From positions 1-42,270 of the forward strand of contig JAJRTA010000121.1 of NCBI GenBank assembly GCA_024278515.1: a DNA stretch of 42,270 nt, read 5' to 3'. The DNA is from Candidatus Zixiibacteriota bacterium. GTDB taxonomy: Bacteria > Zixibacteria > MSB-5A5 > GN15 > FEB-12. Made by a program: the position numbers and the translations under genes. Under the pieces are notes generated by a model that saw only the letters and a list, made by a program, of their open reading frames with translations, was not told the origin of the DNA and did not search any database. Shown here in pieces: positions 36,419 to 42,270 of this stretch (positions are counted from its first letter, which is position 1; every line of letters starts with the position of its first letter).

Positions 36419-39313
36419 ATGAGACTGAAACTAATTCCGATTACCGTTCTCTTGCTGTTGCTGTGCAGTGGTGTGGTTTTTGGTTCAGTGGTCGGTAAGA
36501 TCACTGGCGAGATCACGGATGCCGACAGTGATCAGCCTGTTGTCGGAGCAACGGTGGCGGTAAAGGGGACCGACCTGGGAGGAGTGGCCGATCAGGATGG
36601 AATTTACACAATCCGCAATGTTCCGGTGGGGACTTATACCCTGGTGATCACGGCTGTAGGTTATGCCACTGTGGAAATCAGCAACGTCGAGGTTTCAGCC
36701 GACCTGGCCAGTTACCATGACGTGGAGCTGAGTTCCAAAGCGGCGGACATCGGTAAAACAATCAAAGTTTCGGCCGAGCGTCCGATGGTGATCAAGGATA
36801 AAACAACAACCGTGAGTATCATCAAACGGGACGAGCTGCTGTCTATGCCGACTCGTGGCATGGAACAGCTCGTCGGCATCCAGAACAGCGTGGTGCGGAT
36901 GAATTCCGGCAATTTCACTGTTCGCAACCGTGGTCAACGTCCCGGTGCTGAAAGCGCCCGTTCACAGGAACTGAACCTGCGTGGCGGCCGTCCTTCCGAA
37001 GTGGCATACTATGTCGACGGTTTCTCACAGCAGGATCCCCTGACCGGCGCTTCGACCACCAATATCAGCAACAACTCGATCAAGGAGATCACAGTTACGA
37101 CCGGCGCTTTTTCAGCCGAGTATGGCCATGTTGCTTCCGGTATCGTCAATGTAATCACCAACTCCGGTGGAGAGGAATACCACGGTGATGTAGAAGTTCT
37201 GACCGATAACGTTCTTGCTGAAAACTGGGATCAGAACTTCTATTCAGTCGACTTCGGCGGCCCGGTCCCGGGTATAGATAAGGCGTACTTTTTCCTTTCA
37301 GGGGAACGCACATTTTTGCGCGACCGTTCGCCTTCTTCCAAAACCAAAGAAGTGCACGAGACCTACGGCAAGCCGTACGGTCTGGACACTCTCTACTCGG
37401 AGAATCCGCAGCGTTTGCCCAGTAACAGTTATTCGAGCTGGTCGTATCAGGGCAAGCTGGACTATGAGTTGAGCCCCAACACCAAGCTGCAGGCAAGCGG
37501 CACCGGTTCACAGACCTGGTGGCGCGAGTATCGCCAGGAATGGGCGCTCAATCCGGCCCACATGCCGCGCTTTGAGGACAAAAACATCGGTCTGAACGCC
37601 AAGCTCACTCACACCCTGAACGCCGATGCGTTCTTCAACCTGAGCAGTTCGTATTTCATGACCGAACGTCTCCGTGGTGACGGTGTCATTTTTGACAATT
37701 ACGAAGCCTATGAACGTAAATACGACTGGGGCAATGGTGAAGTCGACGATATCGTTAACCCCGAATTCGAAGATTACAATCTGTTCTGGACTGATTCTGA
37801 AGATATCACCGTGGTTTCCAATAACGGAGATACGGTGGTCCTATCCGAGTCTCCTTACTGGGGCGGCTACCTTCACCGCAAATCATCCTATATCGGCTTC
37901 AAGGGTGATATGAATATGCAGGTGGATGAACGAAACACTTTGAAGTTCGGTTTCGACTTCCAGCGCCATACTCTGCGTTATTTCCGCAATCTCGACGCCA
38001 CCAAAGGTTACTCGGTAACCCGCGTTAATCGTTACGGATTCGACAGCCTCGGCAACGAGTCGGATAACGAAGGTGTCTTTAATGACACCAAACATCCGAT
38101 CAACCTCGGCCTGTATGCTCAGGACAGGTTTGAGTGGCGCGGTGTTATTGTGAACGCCGGGTTGAGGTTCGATTACTTCGATTACAAAACACAGCGTATC
38201 AGGGATTCCCTGAATCCATATCAGTACGGAACACCGGGGGAGCTGGACGAAGCCGATCTTGAAGACTCCGAGAAGTTCATCCGCTTATCACCTCGTCTGG
38301 GTATTTCATTCCCGATTTCAGATCGTACACAGATGCATGTCAGTTTCGGTAAGTTCTTCCAACGCCCCAATCTTGACAAGCTGTACGTGGGCTATGACTT
38401 CTGGGAAGCTCGTGTAACCGCCGGTTCTTACTTCCCTTTTGCCAGCCCCAACCTGGAACCGGAGAAAACAACCCTGTACGAAGTGGGCTTCACCCATCAG
38501 TTGGGCGACAACCTGGCTATTAGCGTCGATGCCTACTACAAGGATATTCAGGACCTGACCCAGATCCACACGTATGACTCGGTCGATGCTTCGATTCGTA
38601 CTTACAGTATTTTCGACAACATCGATTATGGTACTGTTAAAGGGCTCGATTTCAATCTGGCCATGCGTCGCACGAAGAATATCCGGCTCGACCTCAAGTA
38701 CACGCTTAGCTGGGCGACCGGCACCGGTTCGTATGCTCAGTCGGCGTATGTGATCAACTGGTCGAACCCGGGGGGAACACCCAAGGTCACAGCACCGCTC
38801 GATTACGATCAGCGCCATAATCTGGCCGGAGTGATCGACATGCGGCTCGGCCGTCAGGAAGGACCGCGCTTTGGTGATATATTCCCGTTTGAAAACACCA
38901 ATATCAACACTATTATCTATGCCGGAAGCGGCACCCCGTACACACCGACCGGTATGTATGACGCGGCTGTCGAATCGGCGGTAAGGCCCGGCCCGTCGGC
39001 GCCTGTTAATTCTTCCACCAAGCCCTGGTTCTTCCAGATCGATGTCAAGATCGAACGGGTATTCAAAATCGGTAACTACGATCTTATCCCCTACGTCTGG
39101 GTGAAGAACCTGCTGGATCGCGAAAACGTGATCGGCGTTTATGAAACGACCGGCCAGCCTGATAACACCGGCTATCTGGCCAGCGGCCCCGGACTGACCA
39201 ATATCGCCAACGAAGGTCAGCCCTATATCGATGCTTACAACCTCAAACAGAACAACCCGACCAACTACGCCAATCCGCGGATGGTGTATGTTGGCCTGCG
39301 GGCGTCATTCTAA
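36419..39313 (+). CDS. TonB-dependent receptor with N-terminal carboxypeptidase-regulatory-like domain
   Basis: AGGAG SD and ATG 36419, signal peptide, GKITGEITD, LRGGR..EVAYYVDG plug, FSAEYG, GLRFDY, SPRLG, C-terminal Phe. Confidence 0.93.
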   Translation: MRLKLIPITVLLLLLCSGVVFGSVVGKITGEITDADSDQPVVGATVAVKGTDLGGVADQDGIYTIRNVPVGTYTLVITAVGYATVEISNVEVSADLASYHDVELSSKAADIGKTIKVSAERPMVIKDKTTTVSIIKRDELLSMPTRGMEQLVGIQNSVVRMNSGNFTVRNRGQRPGAESARSQELNLRGGRPSEVAYYVDGFSQQDPLTGASTTNISNNSIKEITVTTGAFSAEYGHVASGIVNVITNSGGEEYHGDVEVLTDNVLAENWDQNFYSVDFGGPVPGIDKAYFFLSGERTFLRDRSPSSKTKEVHETYGKPYGLDTLYSENPQRLPSNSYSSWSYQGKLDYELSPNTKLQASGTGSQTWWREYRQEWALNPAHMPRFEDKNIGLNAKLTHTLNADAFFNLSSSYFMTERLRGDGVIFDNYEAYERKYDWGNGEVDDIVNPEFEDYNLFWTDSEDITVVSNNGDTVVLSESPYWGGYLHRKSSYIGFKGDMNMQVDERNTLKFGFDFQRHTLRYFRNLDATKGYSVTRVNRYGFDSLGNESDNEGVFNDTKHPINLGLYAQDRFEWRGVIVNAGLRFDYFDYKTQRIRDSLNPYQYGTPGELDEADLEDSEKFIRLSPRLGISFPISDRTQMHVSFGKFFQRPNLDKLYVGYDFWEARVTAGSYFPFASPNLEPEKTTLYEVGFTHQLGDNLAISVDAYYKDIQDLTQIHTYDSVDASIRTYSIFDNIDYGTVKGLDFNLAMRRTKNIRLDLKYTLSWATGTGSYAQSAYVINWSNPGGTPKVTAPLDYDQRHNLAGVIDMRLGRQEGPRFGDIFPFENTNINTIIYAGSGTPYTPTGMYDAAVESAVRPGPSAPVNSSTKPWFFQIDVKIERVFKIGNYDLIPYVWVKNLLDRENVIGVYETTGQPDNTGYLASGPGLTNIANEGQPYIDAYNLKQNNPTNYANPRMVYVGLRASF

Positions 39314-39322
39314 AGGACGGGG

Positions 39323-42270
39323 ATGTATACAATGAAAACAAAACTGCTTACAATTCTACTGATCTTCATTGTGGCATTGCCGCTTATCGCGGCGCCGCCG
39401 CATAACAAGAAGATCAGAGGTATTCAACCGATGTCGGCCGTGATTGACAACGCTACCTACATCAATGCCAACAACATATTGATGTTCGTAACCAATCACG
39501 CCAATTTCGCCCGCGATCTTTCAGGAGTTTTCGGACTGGACGCGGGGACATTTTATCCCTACGTAGACAACGCGAGTATTGTCGACGGATCGCTGGACGA
39601 CTATGTAGTGTATGCTTCCGGTCTCTGGATCGGTGGTGTCGTCAACGGTGAAGTACGTGTAGCCATCGCCGAGTACAGTGATGAGTTCGTCCCTGGCCCG
39701 ATGGACAGTATCCTCAGCGTTAATGGTAACGACACAACCTGGACATACAACTCAGGCTTTGAAACTGACCCGGATTTCCGGGTTTACAAGCTGTACTCCG
39801 ACAGTATGTCCGACAACCCGAACCAGGACTGGATTGATATTCAGTCTCAGTATGGCGCGCCGTTGAACGATCAGGGCGAGCCGGACATGATCGGCGACCA
39901 GATGCTCTGGGCTATTTACAACGATGCCAACCCGGATCAACATGCAAACGACGCCGGAGAAACAGCTCCCCTCGGCATCGAGATTCGCCAAACAACTTTT
40001 GCATTCGATCGTACCGACGCACTTGGTGATGTTATCTTCCTTCGCTTTCAGGTATTCAACAAGGGCGGCAACACTATCGAAAATTGTTATTTCTCACTCT
40101 GGTCGGACCCTGACCTCGGTGAGTACACCGACGACCTTGTAGGATGTGATACTACGTTGTCAGTCGGATTTGTTTACAACTCCGATAACGATGATGCCGG
40201 TCATTACGAAGATGCTCCCCCATGCGTGGGTTACGATTTCTTCCAGGGGCCGCTTCAGTTTACCGGCAACGATGAAGACACAGCCCGGATGTGGGGTCAG
40301 AAATGGCCGGGCTATGTCAACATGGGTATGACTTCGTTCAATAAGTACATCAATGGTACCGACCCGAACGATTTCAATGAAACCTACAACTACATGAAGG
40401 GACTTAAAGCAAACGGAGAAGATTACACAAACAACGAAGGTGTTGTTACTCTCTTCCAGCTGGCCGGTGACCCGGTAAAAGGAACCGGTGATCTCGATGT
40501 TGATCCGGCTGATCGTCGCTTCATGATGTCGACCGGACCGATCACTTTCGCCCCCGGGGACTCGACTGAGTTCGTGGCGGCAATCGTGGTTGGTCAGGCG
40601 ATCAACCGGCTGACTTCAATTTCTTTGATGAAGTTCAAGGATGCTTTCGCACAGATCGCTTATGACAGCGACTTCGATCTTCCGAAGGCTCCGGCCGCGC
40701 CGATCGTCGATGTAGCATGGAAGGATCAGGGGATTTCCCTTTCCTGGACAGACACTTCGGAAACAGACCACGGCACTTATCCTTTTGAAGGATACATGGT
40801 CTGGCAGGGCGAAACAGCCTCCGGCCCGTGGACTCAGGTTGCCGCCTTCGATATCCAGAACTTCATCGAAGATGTATTCGACATGGTCTTTGATCCGGTG
40901 ACGGCTGTGCCGGAACTTCGTCTGGTCAAAAATGGTGAAGAGCTTGGCATCAAACGTTATATCTTCCTCGACGAAGATCATATTAACGGCGGCCCTCTTC
41001 GCAATATCAAGAACTACTACTACAAGGTCGAAGCCTATTCGGTGGACCTGTCCCAGCCCGACGGCTTTAAGACTCTGACTTCGGCTACTGTAGTATCGGC
41101 CAGGCCCCAGCGGCCGATTGCCGAAAACAGTTATACCTCCGTGTTCGGAGACACACTGTCGTGGACACACACTGCCGGGGGTGGTGACGGCACCATTATA
41201 CCCATAGTCATTGACCATACACAGGTAACCGGTCATACGTATCGCGTTACCTTCACTGAAACGGATGGGACGCTTTACTGGCACCTGACCGACCTGACCA
41301 CCAACACTACGGTGCTGGCCGATCAAACCAACCAATCAGGTGACGATACATATTCTATTGTCGATGGTATCATGGTGAAAGTTCTGGGACCGGCCTTTGG
41401 TGTAGTTGCAATCCAGGAAGTTCAAGATGCATCCGGTCCGATAGACCCGGACAACGTCATGTACTCCCTGAACTCCACTCGAGACTGGTACATCGCCTCG
41501 GATCAGGGTTCGAACTTTGACCGCATGAACTGGCGCGGTCATATCGGCACTTCCGACTGGGAGATCCGTTTCACTGCCACAGGTTCTGAATACTACGACT
41601 GGATATCCGAAACCCTTTGGGGTGATCGCGCGCCGTTCGAGGTCTGGAATATCGGAATAGGAACTCCTGATGATCCCTCCGACGATGTCCGGATCAATTT
41701 CGCCATTATCGACGATGATGGATCGGGCGGATGGTCCTACGGCGACAGGATCTATCCGTACGAAAGAGCGTATTCGGAACCTTCGCCTGCCACCATGGAA
41801 TACACGTGGGACGATGACTTCCTGATTGGACGCATAGTCATATCGGACTATTCGGAAGCAACGACCGCTCCGGCAGAAGGAACTGTAATCAGATTTACTA
41901 CGGCCAAGGTGAACACGGTCGATGATGTATTCGAGTTCAATACTGACGCCGCCACCGTTTCCAAAGCCGCATCTGTTCTGGACAATATTACTGTATCACC
42001 GAATCCGTTTTATCTGTACGGACCGTACGATCCGGCGGTAGGCAACTACCAGATCATGTTCCAGAATCTGCCGGAAAAATGCGAGATCACTATTTACAAC
42101 CTGTCCGGTGAATACATCAATACCGTAAAGAAAGATGATCCGACGATCAGCTATGCCAGTTGGGGCGCCAACACAGCCAACGGGTTGCCGGTAGCCTCGG
42201 GCATCTACTTCTGGGTTGTCGACGCACCGGGTATCGGCCAGAAAACCGGCAAGATGGCGGTCTTCACCGA
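39323..42270 (+). CDS. Large secreted protein (about 980 aa, 3' end just beyond the window) with a T9SS type-A/FlgD-Ig-like C-terminal domain
   Basis: Absent from the ORF track because it has no stop in the window. Starts MYTMKTKLLTILLIFIVALPLIA (ATG 39323 or 39332) and the same frame ends ...LDNITVSPNPF...FQNLPEKCEITIYNLSGEYI...SW...GLPVASGIYFWVV...TGKMAVFT. Confidence 0.88.
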   Translation, partial: MYTMKTKLLTILLIFIVALPLIAAPPHNKKIRGIQPMSAVIDNATYINANNILMFVTNHANFARDLSGVFGLDAGTFYPYVDNASIVDGSLDDYVVYASGLWIGGVVNGEVRVAIAEYSDEFVPGPMDSILSVNGNDTTWTYNSGFETDPDFRVYKLYSDSMSDNPNQDWIDIQSQYGAPLNDQGEPDMIGDQMLWAIYNDANPDQHANDAGETAPLGIEIRQTTFAFDRTDALGDVIFLRFQVFNKGGNTIENCYFSLWSDPDLGEYTDDLVGCDTTLSVGFVYNSDNDDAGHYEDAPPCVGYDFFQGPLQFTGNDEDTARMWGQKWPGYVNMGMTSFNKYINGTDPNDFNETYNYMKGLKANGEDYTNNEGVVTLFQLAGDPVKGTGDLDVDPADRRFMMSTGPITFAPGDSTEFVAAIVVGQAINRLTSISLMKFKDAFAQIAYDSDFDLPKAPAAPIVDVAWKDQGISLSWTDTSETDHGTYPFEGYMVWQGETASGPWTQVAAFDIQNFIEDVFDMVFDPVTAVPELRLVKNGEELGIKRYIFLDEDHINGGPLRNIKNYYYKVEAYSVDLSQPDGFKTLTSATVVSARPQRPIAENSYTSVFGDTLSWTHTAGGGDGTIIPIVIDHTQVTGHTYRVTFTETDGTLYWHLTDLTTNTTVLADQTNQSGDDTYSIVDGIMVKVLGPAFGVVAIQEVQDASGPIDPDNVMYSLNSTRDWYIASDQGSNFDRMNWRGHIGTSDWEIRFTATGSEYYDWISETLWGDRAPFEVWNIGIGTPDDPSDDVRINFAIIDDDGSGGWSYGDRIYPYERAYSEPSPATMEYTWDDDFLIGRIVISDYSEATTAPAEGTVIRFTTAKVNTVDDVFEFNTDAATVSKAASVLDNITVSPNPFYLYGPYDPAVGNYQIMFQNLPEKCEITIYNLSGEYINTVKKDDPTISYASWGANTANGLPVASGIYFWVVDAPGIGQKTGKMAVFT

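Noticed and set aside
40616-41542. Minus-strand ORFs (239 aa and 68 aa) near the right end
   Set aside because: Shadows of the continuous plus-strand secreted-protein gene starting at 39323.

Overview
Ordinary-looking bacterial chromosomal window with about 35 CDS and no rRNA, tRNA, CRISPR array, integrase or transposase seen. The gene content (TonB-dependent receptor plus a T9SS-type C-terminal-domain protein, DUF2723, MauE/DoxX) suggests an FCB-group or related diderm such as Zixibacteria; this is inference. Left to right: (1) a type IV pilus/MSHA/T2SS-like operon (MshEN-bearing PilB, PilC, two prepilins, PilM-N fusion, PilO, PilP-like, secretin), with sigma-28-type promoter motifs before pilB and the first pilin; (2) a rhodanese-MauE/DoxX pair; (3) an AT-rich module with a stand-alone sigma-region-4 HTH gene, a hairpin-rich 190-nt spacer, a 61-codon ORF and a terminator; (4) a 10-kb glycosylation operon with two GT-C-type membrane transferases (DUF2723/TMEM260-like and ArnT/PMT-like), a flippase-like protein, GT2, GT4, a dehydrogenase and an acetyltransferase; (5) an FMN-riboswitch-controlled ribD-ribE-ribBA-ribH-nusB operon; (6) rubrerythrin with a Fur-like box, and REP-like palindromes; (7) aminopeptidase, ogt, a HAD phosphatase, a degenerate signal peptidase homologue and ctpA; (8) an Fe-S aldo/keto reductase facing larE-larB-larC, with no larA in the window; (9) a TonB-dependent receptor followed by a roughly 980-aa secreted protein that runs off the window end. 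Three genes (pilB, DUF2723, larB) carry single in-frame stop codons, so sequence error or recent pseudogenisation must be considered. The best candidates for an undescribed system are the dual GT-C glycosylation locus beside the pilus operon, the sigma-r4/structured RNA/small ORF module, sigma-28-type control of pili, and the TBDR-CTD module.
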